This document shows positions 49,023-60,676 of a stretch of 64,000 nt of DNA, piece after piece. The notes beneath the pieces are model-generated. The model was not told the DNA's origin. It made no database searches and saw only the letters and a list, made by a program, of their open reading frames with translations. Source of the DNA: Emiliania huxleyi CCMP1516. Taxonomy: Eukaryota. The position numbers and the translations under genes were made by a program. The stretch lies in assembly GCF_000372725.1 (NCBI RefSeq), contig NW_005202427.1, positions 372,001 to 436,000 of the forward strand, in the 5' to 3' direction. The first letter of the stretch is position 1. Each line of letters opens with the position of its first letter.

Positions 49023-50015
49023 TGGTGGGTCGCGTGGGCGCGTGCTGTTGCTTGCGGCCAGGGCGGTTGGCTTTTTAAGCGCCCCTTTCACCGCGTAAAA
49101 AAGAAATTGCTGCGGGAAAGAAAACGACGGTTTCAGCCTGCCAGACGGTTGAAATTCTTGCTTGCATGGCCATTTTCGGCGGTGCGGACTGACTGCGGTC
49201 CGCTGCGACGGACTGCTGCGGTCCGCTGCGACGGACTGACTGCGGTCCACTGCGGCCAACCCGCGAGCCGCTCCCGGCTCCGCCCCTCGCCCAACCCCCA
49301 CCCGCGCCTGCGCCTGCCACCCGCGCCACCTCCCCCACGCGCACCCGCGACGCCAGCCGCCCGCCGCCCACCGCACCGCCGACTCGCCCGCCGCCTCGCC
49401 CGGCCCTCGCGCCCGCTCGCTCAACGCGGGGTCAGGAAGGTGAGAGAGGGCGGCCGTGTAGCGGGAGCGCACCTCCTCGACGATCGTCTCGCCGAACTTG
49501 GAGTCCTTGAGCTTCTTGGACGCCTTGCCCGGCGTCTGGTTGCCGCCCGGCGTCTCCGCCATTTCGCCCTGTGTGGACAGAGGTGCGTGGGGCGATTCAG
49601 GAGTGCCTGGGACGGCGGTGCAGTATGGGGGCTGCAGGGCTGCTCACGAAGTACGCGCGTCCCTTCTGCGGGGTGCTTGCCATGGTGCTGCGGTGCCGAG
49701 CGGGGAGAGCGGAGGGTCCGATGCGCTAGATGAATCGAGTTGAGACCGGCGGGCGGGGACACGAATGGGAGAGCTGACTGAACGTTTCCGCAGGCGAAAG
49801 GACAAGACGTGCTTTTAAATTGCGGGTCGCGGGAAAAAGAAAACGAAATGCAAAAACCGAGGTGGTTTCAGCCTGCCAGACGGTTGGTGTGTCCGTCACG
49901 AGCGCTCGTAGCCTGCCCGTGGGCCACGGCCCTGCCCCAGCCCTCCCCAAGCAGAGTGTCAAGAGCGCCCGCGAAGCGCCCGCCGTACAAGCTTGCGGCC
50001 GCCTTTCTCTCATAC

Positions 50016-52119
50016 ATGGCGAGGCTCCGGCTCTGGTGCCTCGCTGCCTGGGCCACCAGCGCGGCCGGACGCAGCTGCCACAAGCCCAGCTGCTACTGCG
50101 ACGACACTTGCATCTTTAGCGGCGATGGACAGTGTGACGATTCCGGCCCAGGCGCGTCGCGCTCTCGCACTCACGTCACGACTCGCCGTGCAAACCCCGT
50201 GCTGACTGGCAGCGATCGGCCACCAGCTTCATCCCTTCCACCCTCTCGATCCATCTGGCGACCACACTGCATCCACTTGGCCCCCTCCCTCTCCGCGGCG
50301 GCACACTGAAGCCGCAAGCCAAAGCGGCGCCGCACCGCGGGGCTTTGCATGTACACCCCACCTTCACGAGCCCTGCGGCGCCCCACAGGCTCCGTCGATG
50401 GTCGGTGCCGGCTTGGAACGGACTGCGCGGATTGCGGCGAGCGGCACGAGCGGGACGTAGGCGCCTTCCTCTGCAGCACGTCCTGCACAGGTGGGCTCAA
50501 GGGCCAGTGCGATGACGGCGGGCCTGGTGTGCAGCCCACACTCAAGCCCGCAGCGCGGCATCGCACGCAATCCCGTCCCGAGACGCTATGCGCCGTCCCG
50601 TCCTAGGCTCGAGGACCACGGACTGTGCCTTTGGCAGCGACTGCGACGACTGCGGCGTCCGCTTTGCCGAGAACGACGATTGCGACGATGGCGTCATCAC
50701 CCTCTGCCGGGACGACCACGCCAATTGCGCGTTTGTGCTAGACGGCCACTGCGACGACGGAGGGCCAGGCGCGCGCAAAATCTGACGCAGCCCTGCCCGC
50801 ACCGCGGGCGCCCACGGCCGAGCTGAGCACGGCACGGTCCTCTCGCGCGGCCCGCAGGTGCGCAATACTCGCAGTGTGCCTTTGCGAGCGACTGCGGCGA
50901 CTGCGGCAAGCGACAGCGGCCGTGCAAAGATCCGCACCCTGAGGATGCGCTCGAGGATGAGGAGGGGTACTACGATGACGTGGCCGTGACCACCTCCACC
51001 GCCTTCCACGCCTCGGCCGGCTGCCACGGCGCGGGCGAGGCGCGGTGTGAGCCCTCCTGCAACCTGCTGCACGGCGGGATCGGCCAGTGCAGCTCGTGCG
51101 CGTGCTCGCGCTGCGCCTACTGCGTGCCTCCCGAGTTTGCGCTGCGCCACCCGCCGCCGCCCTCCAGCCGCGCGCCCCTCGCCGCCTCCCGTTTCTCGTG
51201 TGACATGCTCGAGGCGCGTCACAACCTCCTCGCGCGTGAGGCGCCGCTGCACTGCTACTCGCTGCAATCGTCGGCCCAGTGCGAGCTCGCCTTCACGTAC
51301 GACGCACAGGCCGCCCAGATTCCCCTCAGCGTCTGCCACTGGGTGGACAGCCGCTGCTCGCCGCTCCACGCCAGCCCCTCCCAGCTGCACCAGCCCCTCT
51401 GCCAGCAGTGGCTCCATCGGAAGCCGGCGCCGCCGCCGCCGCCGGGGATCGCGCCAGCCCAAACCTCCCCGTCTGGGCCGATCGCAAAGCCCCCTCCACC
51501 GCCAGCGCCGCCCAGCCCTCCCTCTCCTCCGCCGCCATGCGTGCCGCCCTCGGGGCAGTGCGGCGGCCTCGGCTACGCCGGCCTCAGCACCTGCTGCTCC
51601 ACTGCCGCGCACCCTGCCTCGTGCTTTGCGCTCGACGAGTTCTCCCACCACTGCCGGCCCGCGTGCGACGATCCCTCGTGGGCGTGCTTCCCCAAGAGTG
51701 AGCTGCCGTCGCCTGCTGTTCCAACCATCACGCGGACCCCCCCACCGCCACCAGCCCGGGATCCGCCGCCGCCGCCGCCGCCGCCGCCCGCAAGGTCTCC
51801 GGAGCTCATCACGCCGCCCAAGTCGCTATCGCAGCGGCCTGATCAGGCCAAGACTCCCCATCGTGCCCGCCAAACGTCCAACATGCTGAGCGCTATGGTT
51901 GCGCTTCCCTTTTTCGTCATCGCGGCGCTGGCAGCAGCGGCCACTCGGTGGTATTGCCAGCAGAGCAAACCAAAGGCTCGCTTATCGACGCGAGCAATCG
52001 AAAAGACTCCCCTTTCATCTCGGGCGGTCGAGGGTGGCGACCCTGAGGAGGATGCGGAGTCTGTTGTTGAGATGGTTTCGGCGAGGGCGGCCCTCATTGA
52101 TGCTGGGCAGAGGTACTAG
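50016..52119 (+). CDS. Secreted/type I membrane Cys-rich protein with CBM1-like module; multi-exon
   Basis: Signal peptide; three CDD(G/S)GPG...C..(G/A).DC.DCG repeats, each split by an intron after GPG; Pro-rich linkers; GQCGGLGYAGLSTCC; TM near the C-terminus. Confidence 0.75.
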
Positions 52120-52707
52120 CGGAGCATCAGCGGCTCAGAGGATTTGGGCCCGGCGGGTGCTGACAGGACACCCGGGTTGAGAGGAGAGGCGCACTGAGAG
52201 TCCGAGAGAGAGGAGAGTGAGGGCGCCTGAGGGGGTCACGATCACGACGTGCAAGATGACCGTCGACGACGATGGTCGGAGTGCGCGGGAGCGTGTGCTC
52301 GAGGCGTGTGACAGCAGTGTCCACACAGTCGACCCCGCCGTCTCACACACGATTTGCATAGATTTGGGGGGACCCGTGAGCCGTGTGCTCTGGCCTCTGC
52401 GTTCCTGCCGTCTTACCCGTACACAGAGATGTGTGCAAAATCATTTTAAGTTTCGCGACTCAGCGGCGACTGCGACTCCGAGCGCCTAGGATCACGCGCT
52501 CTCTCGTCGTTCACTGCGACGGGCACGCTCACAGCGAACCACGGCGGGACACATAGACCGCGGCCGTGACCGCCGCTCCCGCCGCCACCCCTCCCCGTCT
52601 CTGACCACACAGCCGGCCATGTTAACGCGGCAGCGCGGGCGGCCCAGCTCGCTTCCCACGTGGCCGACGCGCGGTCGAGCCAGTGTCATACCTCCCTACA
52701 CACAGCC

Positions 52708-54066
52708 TCACCGGCAGCCGGACAGCGCGGTCGCCGCCTTGAGTCGCAACCTCAGATCGCTCACCTCTCGACTTAGCTCTGCGATGCGCGACTCCACAGC
52801 CAGCTTGCGCTTCCGCTCGGCGTTGCTCCTGCCCGCGCTGAGCGGCATCCGCTCGAGCTCGCACTGCAGGAGCCCCCGCTCCTGCGAGAGGGCCGTCAGC
52901 CGCCGCTCCATGCACGAGGAGGCGTCCCCGGGCCCCAGCCGCTCACCCGGCGATCCAAACGGCGCCGAGGCGCCGCCACGCTGCTCTGTGCGGGAGGGGA
53001 GACCGACAAGCGACCGCTCCTCTCCCGCCGGAGGCTCGCGCGGGCCCGCCGCCAAGGCAGCCTCCCCGGCGAGCGACCCCTCGGCAGGCGCCTCGCCCTG
53101 TGGCGGCGCCGAGCGTGTGCAAGCGTGGTGTGCGGGCGCCGCGGCACCCCCGGCCGAGGCGGAGGAGGGTCCGTTCTCCGGAGCAGGCGCCGCCGCCCGC
53201 CTGCGCTCCTCCTCCTCGCGCCTCTTCTCCTCCACGCGCCGCGCCCTCTCCCGCCGCTCCTCCTCCTCGCGCGCCCTCTCCCTCTCGCCACGCCTCCGCT
53301 CCTCCTCCCGCCTCTGCTCCTCGCGCCAGTGCTCGTCCCGCACCGCCTGCTCCCGCTGCCAGCTCATCTGCTCCTGCCGCAGGCGCGCCTGCGCAAGAGC
53401 CTCTCCTGCGGCCGCGCCTTGCCAGCGCAGTGTCGCGTTCTCGCACAGCAGCGATCGCACCATCCTGCGGTCCTCGAGCTGGCTCTGCTCCACCTCGCGC
53501 AGCGCGGTCTGCAGCGCGCCCGTGCCGCAGCGGAGCGCCTCCCCGGACCGCACGGCCTCGTCCCTCTCCCGCTCCAGCGCCGCCAGCTGGCTCAGCAGAA
53601 GCGCCTCGCGGCGCTGCAGCTGCCGCATCGCGCGAGCGTCGCGTTGGCCCTTGGCAGCCTCCGCGCGAAGCTCGCCGCGCAGCTGCTCCTCGGACGCACG
53701 CAGCGAGTCGAGCGACGCCTCCAGCCGGACAGCCTGGGCCCGCTCGGACGCGAGCGCTTCGTTCGCATACTCGAGCTGCCGCTGCAGCGAGCCCAGCTCC
53801 TGGTGCAGCCAGTTCTGACCCGGCCCGGGCTCGAAGCTGCTGTCAAGGTTGACGTCCGCGGACGGCTCTGGCGGCGGCTCGCTGGCGAGAGGTTTGATCC
53901 CGGCGTCGCACTCGGCGTCCTGGCGGTTGACACACCTCTCCGTGAGCCGGGCTGGGCCGCCGCCCTTGATGCCGGCCGCGTCGCTCACGCCCAGGATGGA
54001 CAACCACTCGCTATACGTGAAGGCCTCCTCGTCGTCGTCGACGTCGGGCTCGAGGCGCACAACCAT
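52708..54066 (-). CDS. Coiled-coil protein with enkurin-like C-terminal domain
   Basis: Long coiled coil; C-terminal L..ER..L..EL.RMPL...RK..VE.RI.EL..EV..LR. Confidence 0.6.
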   Translation of the reverse strand: MVVRLEPDVDDDEEAFTYSEWLSILGVSDAAGIKGGGPARLTERCVNRQDAECDAGIKPLASEPPPEPSADVNLDSSFEPGPGQNWLHQELGSLQRQLEYANEALASERAQAVRLEASLDSLRASEEQLRGELRAEAAKGQRDARAMRQLQRREALLLSQLAALERERDEAVRSGEALRCGTGALQTALREVEQSQLEDRRMVRSLLCENATLRWQGAAAGEALAQARLRQEQMSWQREQAVRDEHWREEQRREEERRRGERERAREEEERRERARRVEEKRREEEERRRAAAPAPENGPSSASAGGAAAPAHHACTRSAPPQGEAPAEGSLAGEAALAAGPREPPAGEERSLVGLPSRTEQRGGASAPFGSPGERLGPGDASSCMERRLTALSQERGLLQCELERMPLSAGRSNAERKRKLAVESRIAELSREVSDLRLRLKAATALSGCR

Positions 54067-54689
54067 GGCGCCCGTCGGGGGGGGCACAACCAGGGCCGTT
54101 GCAGCTTGCAGGTTGCCCGGGGCGGGCGTGGGAACAAAGAATTTAAGTCAATATAGATAGTGACCCGCCATAAAAACGGTATGGCCTATGGAGTGATCTC
54201 TGCTGCCGCGGCGCCCCTGTCGGTGCGAAGGCGCCCGGCGGCCGCGCGCTTGGTGCCCACGTTGACCGGCTGCTCTCAACACGGAGCCGAGGCGTACCGC
54301 TTCGGTCATGCATGCATGTCTCGCGCGCTGCGACTCGGGCAGATTCGACGATTGCATTTTACCACTCGGGCAAACTCGATGAAACGGCGGACGGAAAACG
54401 CGTTCGCGGCCGCTCGCCGGAGAGCTATGCATGAAGCGGCCGGCGCGCCACCGCAGCTCACCGATGGAGCTTGCGGAGCGGCTCAATCCACTGGCGCAGC
54501 AGCACCGCGACCCATTCTCCAAGCACGGCCTCTGGCGTTGCGAGTGCACAGAGAGCAAGCAATAGTCGACAAAAGCACTGATCTGTGGGCAGCAGATCTC
54601 CATGTCGGTCGCGCCCTGCGAAAGGACAACCGCGGGCCGCGGATGCTTGCCCGGACGCGGACCCGCCGTGCGAGTTGCAGACCCGGGGG

Positions 54690-55200
54690 GCCGTTTCCGT
54701 CCGAGACTCAAGAACGTTAATGAGGGCTGCGAGACGGCACCGCGAGTGTGGCGCTACCATCGGCTCGGATACCCTGCACAGCTCACCCTGCACACGTGCT
54801 CATCGGGGCGATCGGGCGCACGACCGCACGTTTGCTCGGACAAAAGACGAGCGGCTCCTACGAGCAAGAATACGTTCGCACTGGTGAAGGCCAGGCGAGC
54901 CAAAAAGACAAAAAAGACTTATCTAAGCATGTCGGAGAACCGTCCAAAGGCGGGTGCAGTCGACCAAGGGACATGATCTGTCGACAGCACGAATTTGTGA
55001 TGGGACACCATCGGGACCCAACAGTGCGATACTTGGCTATCGCACTGTTGACGTACCGACGGCTAAGGCCGAGTAGCCGGTGTTTGTTCACAGAGCTCTG
55101 TGAACACCGGCAAGAGATTTTTCTCTGAACGATTTCTTCCGAGAACGGCGTGCAAAACACTCGGTGACGGTGTCGAAACACCTCTCTGACGCGCTCGACT
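54690..55200 (+). mobile_element. Penelope-like remnant, copy 2 (internally deleted)
   Basis: Near-identical to 7603-8210 except that about 7673-7805 is missing. Confidence 0.7.
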
Positions 55201-56172
55201 TAGTCTGGGCATGGGCACGCAAAAATCTTGTATCAGGGCTTCATACCCGGTAGGAATTCCTACTGTTGTGGCCTAAAGTCTGCGCAGGTTGTGGGGGACA
55301 CGATCCCGGCGTGAACACGACTAACTGACGGATCCGCTCCTGACAGTCGCACGCGCCGCACTGCGGCGCGTGCGACTGTCTTTGTTTGATTTAAAAAGTC
55401 GAATCAGAGCGCCGTCGGCGTTGCCCCCGATTTTGTCCCACGGACCTCCCCTCCGGCACCGCTCCGGGAGGCACGCCGGCGAAGCACCATCAAGCTGCTG
55501 TATGTACGGCCCCGGCATCGCCTTCCCAGGCTTAGCTAGCTAGACTGAGAGTGTGTGCCGCCGAGGCGGGACCACTCGGGGACAGTGCTGACGGGACGCG
55601 GCTTGGGAGACGACTCCCGCGAAAGCACGGCTGGCATCCGTGGCGTGGGGCTCGCCTTCGAAAAGTCGGGCATGGCTCTCCCCGCAACTCTCTTGCTAAC
55701 ACGCGCGCCCCACCGAAACTGTGGTGGGCGCGCTGCGGCCGCACGTCTACCTCCGTCATAGTGCCACGACGTGCGGCCTAGATTTAGCACACGCGCCTCA
55801 GCTCGAAAACACTCACCCATTTGATTGTCACTGTCCGTGAGTGCGAGATTAGGGCTAGCCGCAGGCAGCTAGCCCATGAGGAGAGCGTCCATAGACACCT
55901 CACATGACCCCACACACGGTCTCGTCCGTGCCTCGCCGGCCGGAGAGATTGCTGGAGGAAGAGCAAGCCTGCTCTAGCCTCACATGTCACTTCTTGTCGT
56001 CTGTTGTTTGAGTTGTGCCCTTGTTTGTGCCCTTGGCACCGTGGAGTGGGGGGGGCGACAGGGAGGATGTGGCCCTGAGTTATGTGTACGCCGACTCAGG
56101 GTGTGTGGCAGCCAGCTGGCTGTGTGTCTTGTGAGCTTGTTTGTGTCTGTGTGTCGCTCGTGCGTGTCGTCA

Positions 56173-56260
56173 TCATCTGTCCAGCGTCCACCCATACCGC
56201 GTTGGTGTCCAGTCCGAGCCTGGCTGTTCTTCACCTTACTACCTACCTACCTACCTACCT
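56173..56260 (+). mobile_element. (CTAC)n-tailed retroelement 3' end
   Basis: Matches the reverse complement of 9818-9900; ends in (CTAC)5. Confidence 0.65.
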
Positions 56261-56587
56261 AGGTATTGTGGACATGGTTGGTCTCTACAATATATACACT
56301 GACACTGAACCTCCCAGAGCTCGTCCCGGTCCGTCACGGCCATCCTCGGCCTCCGGAGGGCCCACGGCCGCGGCGCGGTGCGGCGGCGTCACAAATCCGA
56401 CGGCAGAGCACCGGGACGCGGTCGGGCGATCTGAGGCCCGACTAGGCGTATGCATTGCCCATCCAGGGCTATCACCTATGCCTATCAACAGGCGCCTGCG
56501 GCGCCATGCTCAGGAGCAGCCAACCTGTTCACACTTTCGTACAGTAGGTGAACCTCCCAGAACTCTCTTCTTCTCTCAGACCACTCC

Positions 56588-57653
56588 ATGCTAACCCGCT
56601 CCCTGCTGGCGCAGGCCCGCAGGGCGGCGAGCACTCTGGCCACGGAGCCTGGCCGCACGCTCTTTGTCTCGGGCTCGACGCCTCGCCTCGTCGTGCGCAC
56701 CAACATGGAGACGTACCTGGCCAGCGTGATGGCGTCCCAGGCGGGAGGCGGCGAGGTGGACGTGAGCGGATGGGCCGGCTCCGACCCGACGGGCGACCTC
56801 CGAGTCGTGGCGGCGTGCGACGCAGCGGGCGGCGGCGTCACGACCGTGAGCGTGCCCGCCTCTTTCAACATCGAGGTGGCGATGGGTGGAGCGTGCGACG
56901 TGGAGGTGGATGGCTGGATTGAGGGCACGGTCGCGGTGGCAGTGTCGCGGGGATCGATCGTCGTCAACACGGTGCGCGGACTCCTCACGACACTCTCCAC
57001 GGGCGAGGGGCAGGTGCGCGTCAAGCACATCGAGGGCAACCTCCGCGTCCTCGCCGGCGGCGCTGGCGGCGTCGAGCTCGGAAAGGTGATGGGCGAGGAG
57101 GTGGAGGTTGCGTCGGAGGGAGTGGTGCAGTGCCGCGCCCTCTACTCGAAGCGGCTCGACCTCGCCGCCGCCGGCGGCGTGCGCGCCTCTGTCCTCGGCT
57201 CCGAGGCGGGCGAGCTCCGCCTCTCGGGAGGCTGCTCTGCAATCGACTCGAGCGAGGGCGACCTGTCTGTGCGGCTTGGCGGCGCCGCGTCGCTCGACGT
57301 GCAGGCGGCGGAGGGCCTCCGCCGCCTCTGCGTGAGCCGTGACGCGCCTACCCCCGACCAGCCAGCCGCCGCCGACGACGCCGCCGCCGACGCCGCCGAC
57401 GTCGTCGTTCATTTTCCAGAGGCGTTTGGCGCGCTGCGAGCAGACCTCTGCGGCGCGAGCGTGGAGATCGACCCTCGCCTCTCGCCGCAGCCGCCCGCGC
57501 CGCCGGCCGCGGGTGCGGGACCGGCCCACTGGACAGGCTCGCTCGGCGCGGGCGACGCGGCGGAGAGCGACGCGCACGAACGGTGGCTCGCCGGCCGGAC
57601 AGAGCGAAAGATGGACCGGTCACCGGGCGGGGTCGAGATGTTCCGCGAGGGCA

Positions 57654-57689
<36 letters not shown>

Positions 57690-57841
57690 TGTGCGAGCTC
57701 ACCGTCGCCGCACCGGCGAGCACCGTCCGCGTCGACGTGCAGAGCTGGTTCGAGCAGCGGATGAAGACGGCGATGAGTGGTGGCGCTGGGAGTGGCGAGG
57801 CGCCGAGCCTCAGGGAGCGGCGACCGCAGCCCTACCGCTAA
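56588..57841 (+). CDS. DUF4097/FAM185A-like beta-repeat protein, probable mitochondrial presequence
   Basis: MLTRSLLAQARRAAST; repeated short beta motifs (VPASFNIEV, GSIVVNTVRG, STGEGQVRV, IEGNLRV). Confidence 0.6.
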
Positions 57842-58003
57842 GTCAGGAGCCCGCGCGGCATTTGATAGTGCTTGGGGAGAAAAAGTAGGACTCGAGGTCT
57901 TTACACGAGAGCGCCACACTCGCGCCAACACACAGAGCTACCACTGAGCGACCGAGGGGCAGAGGTCGTTGACGTTGTGCGAACCTCCCGTAGCCGTACC
58001 TAA

Positions 58004-60565
58004 CTATCGTGCCGGATGCGCCGCTCGCCACTCTCGGATCATCCGGCGCAGCATGTGGTGCGGGGAGAGGCCCATATGCTCAAGCTCACCGCCAGTCATC
58101 GGGCTCGTCGACTTGGTCGCGAGCCAGCGCTCGATCGCCGACCGCTCGTAAGCATGCCCGTCCGCCGCCATCACCGGGTCGCTCATGACCTCGGTCGTGA
58201 TCGGGCAAATGAAGTCGGCTGGTGGCTCCTCCTCCTCCACCGAAGGCGGCCTCTCTGCAGCCAAAGAGGACGACGCTTGCTCCTCCGCCGCCCGCCTCTC
58301 CTCCTCCAGCCTCGCGCTCTCCTCGAGCGCCGCCGCCAGCTCCGCCTCCTCTCCCGCCGCCAGCGCTGCCTCATCCTCGGGCTCCCGCGACGGCCCAGCG
58401 CCGCCCCCGCCGCCCTTCCCCCTCTTCTTCTTCTTCTTCCCCTTCTTGCTCTCCCTGTCGCGCCCCCCCGCCTCCTTCTCCGCCTCCTCCTCCGCCAGCA
58501 GCGCCTCGGCATGCCGCGTCGCCTCCGCCTCTGCCACCGCTCTCACCGCCTCCCTCGCCGCTGCCTCGGCCGCCGCCTCCGCCGCCGCATGCTCCTCGAG
58601 GGCGCGCACGCACTCGGCGTGGCCCCTCTCCTTTGCCCACTGCAGCGCTGTCTTGCCGTTCTCACAGCGCAGTGCCGTGTCCGCGCCCGCCCGCAGCAGG
58701 CGGAGCACGATGGCGGGCTGGCCTTGGCTGGCGGCGAGCATCAGCGCGGCAAAGCCGCCGTTGCCCTGCTTGTTGATCTCCGCCCCGTGCTGCATCAGCA
58801 AATCGACCACCCGCTCGTGGCCGTTGGCGGCGGCGGTCATCAGCGCGGCGATGCCGCCGTTGTTCTGCTTGTTGATCTCCGCGCCGCGCTGCAGCAGCAG
58901 ATCGACCACCCGCTCCTTGCCGTTGGCGGCGGCGAGTAGCAGCGCGGTGCTGCCCATGCTGTCCTGCAAATCGATCTCCGCGCCGCGCTGAAGCAGCAGC
59001 TCGACCACTCGCTCGTGGCCGCGGCGGGCGGCGAATATCAGCGCGGTGATGCAGCTCACATCGCCCTCCCAGCAAGTCGCGTTGACCCGCCCGCCGCTGT
59101 CGAGCCACGCCAGCAGCGCCGCCTCGTCGCCTTGGAGAGCCGCGTTCATCGCCTCTTCGGGAAGGCTGCCCAGCGAGCCGGAAGAGGCCGATTCGCCCGA
59201 GGAAGCGCCGCCCGCGCCGCCCGCCGCCGCCTCGCGCTGGCCCGCAGTCACCTCCGCGATGTGCTGCCGGAAGGCCTCGACGCACGCGCTGTGGCCGTTC
59301 TCCTTGGCCAGCTGCAGCGCGGACTTGCCGTTCCCAGAGCGCAACTTTGTATCCGCGCCCGCCCGCAGCAGGCGGAGCACGACGGCGGGATGGGCGGAGA
59401 CGGCGGCGAGCATCAGCGCGGTGGCGCCGTTGCTGTCCTGCAGGTTGATCTCCGCGCCGCGCTGCAACAGCAGCTCGACCACCCGCTCGTGGCCGTGGAG
59501 GGCGGCGAGCATCAGCGCGGTGGCGCCGACGCTGTTCTGCAAGTTGACCTCCGCGTCGTGCCGTATCAGCAAGTCGACCAACCGCTCGTGGCCGTAGCGG
59601 GCGGCGGCCATCAGTGCGGTGATGCAGCTCACATCGCCCTCCCAGCAAGTCGCGTTGACCCGCCCGCCGCTGTCGAGCCACGCCAGCAGCGCCGCCTCGT
59701 CGCCTTGGAGAGCCGCGTTCATCGCCTCTTCGGGAAGGCTGCCCAGCGAGCCGGAAGAGGCCGATTCGCCCGAGGAAGCGCCGCCCGCGCCGCCCGCCGC
59801 CGCCTCGCGCTGGCCCGCAGTCACCTCCGCGACGTGCTGCCGGAAGGCCTCGACGCACGCGCTGTGGCCGTTCTCCTTGGCCAGCTGCAGCGCGGACTTG
59901 CCGTTCCCAGAGCGCAACTTTGTATCCGCGCCCGCCCGCAGCAGGCGGAGCACGACGGCGGGATGGGCGGAGACGGCGGCGAGCATCAGCGCGGTGCCAC
60001 CGTTGCTGTCCTGCAAGTTGATCTCCGCCCTGTGCTGCAACAGCACGTCGACCACCCGCTCGTGGACTAGCTTGGCGGCAGCCATCAGCGCGGTGTTGCC
60101 GTTGCTGTCCTGCAAGTTTATCTCCGCGCCGTGCTGCAGCAGCAGGTCGACCACCCGCTCGTGGCCGTAGGAGGCGGCGCTCATCAGCGCGGTGGTGCCG
60201 TCGCTGTCCTGCAGGTTGGCATTCGCGCCGTGCTGCAACAGCAGCTCGACCGCCCGCTCGTGGTCGTAGCGGGCGGCGCACATCAGCGCGGTGTCGCCTT
60301 TGCTGCTCTGCTTGTCGATCTCCGCGCCGCGCTGCAGCAGCAAGTCGATTACCCGCTCGTGGCCGCTGTTAGCGGTCAGCATCAGCGCGGTGACGCCGCT
60401 CACTTCGCCTATCACACGAGTCGCGTTGACCCGCCCGCCGCTGTCAAGCCACGCCAGCAGCGCCGCTTCGTCGCCTTGCTCAGCCTCGTTCCCAACCGCT
60501 TGGGGAAGTCTTCCCACTTTGCCGGTCTCCGCTGCCTCCACGATGGCAGCTCCGGCAACCCCCAT
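58004..60565 (-). CDS. Ankyrin-repeat / U-box E3 ubiquitin ligase-like protein, intronless
   Basis: Many G.TALM.AA..GH..VV.LLL..GA repeats; C-terminal PADFICPITTEVMSDPVMAADGHAYERSAIERWL...SPMTG. Confidence 0.92.
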   Translation of the reverse strand: MGVAGAAIVEAAETGKVGRLPQAVGNEAEQGDEAALLAWLDSGGRVNATRVIGEVSGVTALMLTANSGHERVIDLLLQRGAEIDKQSSKGDTALMCAARYDHERAVELLLQHGANANLQDSDGTTALMSAASYGHERVVDLLLQHGAEINLQDSNGNTALMAAAKLVHERVVDVLLQHRAEINLQDSNGGTALMLAAVSAHPAVVLRLLRAGADTKLRSGNGKSALQLAKENGHSACVEAFRQHVAEVTAGQREAAAGGAGGASSGESASSGSLGSLPEEAMNAALQGDEAALLAWLDSGGRVNATCWEGDVSCITALMAAARYGHERLVDLLIRHDAEVNLQNSVGATALMLAALHGHERVVELLLQRGAEINLQDSNGATALMLAAVSAHPAVVLRLLRAGADTKLRSGNGKSALQLAKENGHSACVEAFRQHIAEVTAGQREAAAGGAGGASSGESASSGSLGSLPEEAMNAALQGDEAALLAWLDSGGRVNATCWEGDVSCITALIFAARRGHERVVELLLQRGAEIDLQDSMGSTALLLAAANGKERVVDLLLQRGAEINKQNNGGIAALMTAAANGHERVVDLLMQHGAEINKQGNGGFAALMLAASQGQPAIVLRLLRAGADTALRCENGKTALQWAKERGHAECVRALEEHAAAEAAAEAAAREAVRAVAEAEATRHAEALLAEEEAEKEAGGRDRESKKGKKKKKRGKGGGGGAGPSREPEDEAALAAGEEAELAAALEESARLEEERRAAEEQASSSLAAERPPSVEEEEPPADFICPITTEVMSDPVMAADGHAYERSAIERWLATKSTSPMTGGELEHMGLSPHHMLRRMIREWRAAHPAR

Positions 60566-60676
60566 CTCTGGCAACTCCGGCGGCGAAGCGGCACCGGCGC
60601 TGGTGCCGGACACTGCGGAGTGTACGGCAGGCTCGAGAAAAAGAATTTAAACAAGACAACTCTCTCTCACAGCACA

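Noticed and set aside
52619..54156. Long plus-strand ORFs and similar overlapping ORFs throughout the window
   Set aside because: Antisense or shadow frames expected in very GC-rich coding DNA.
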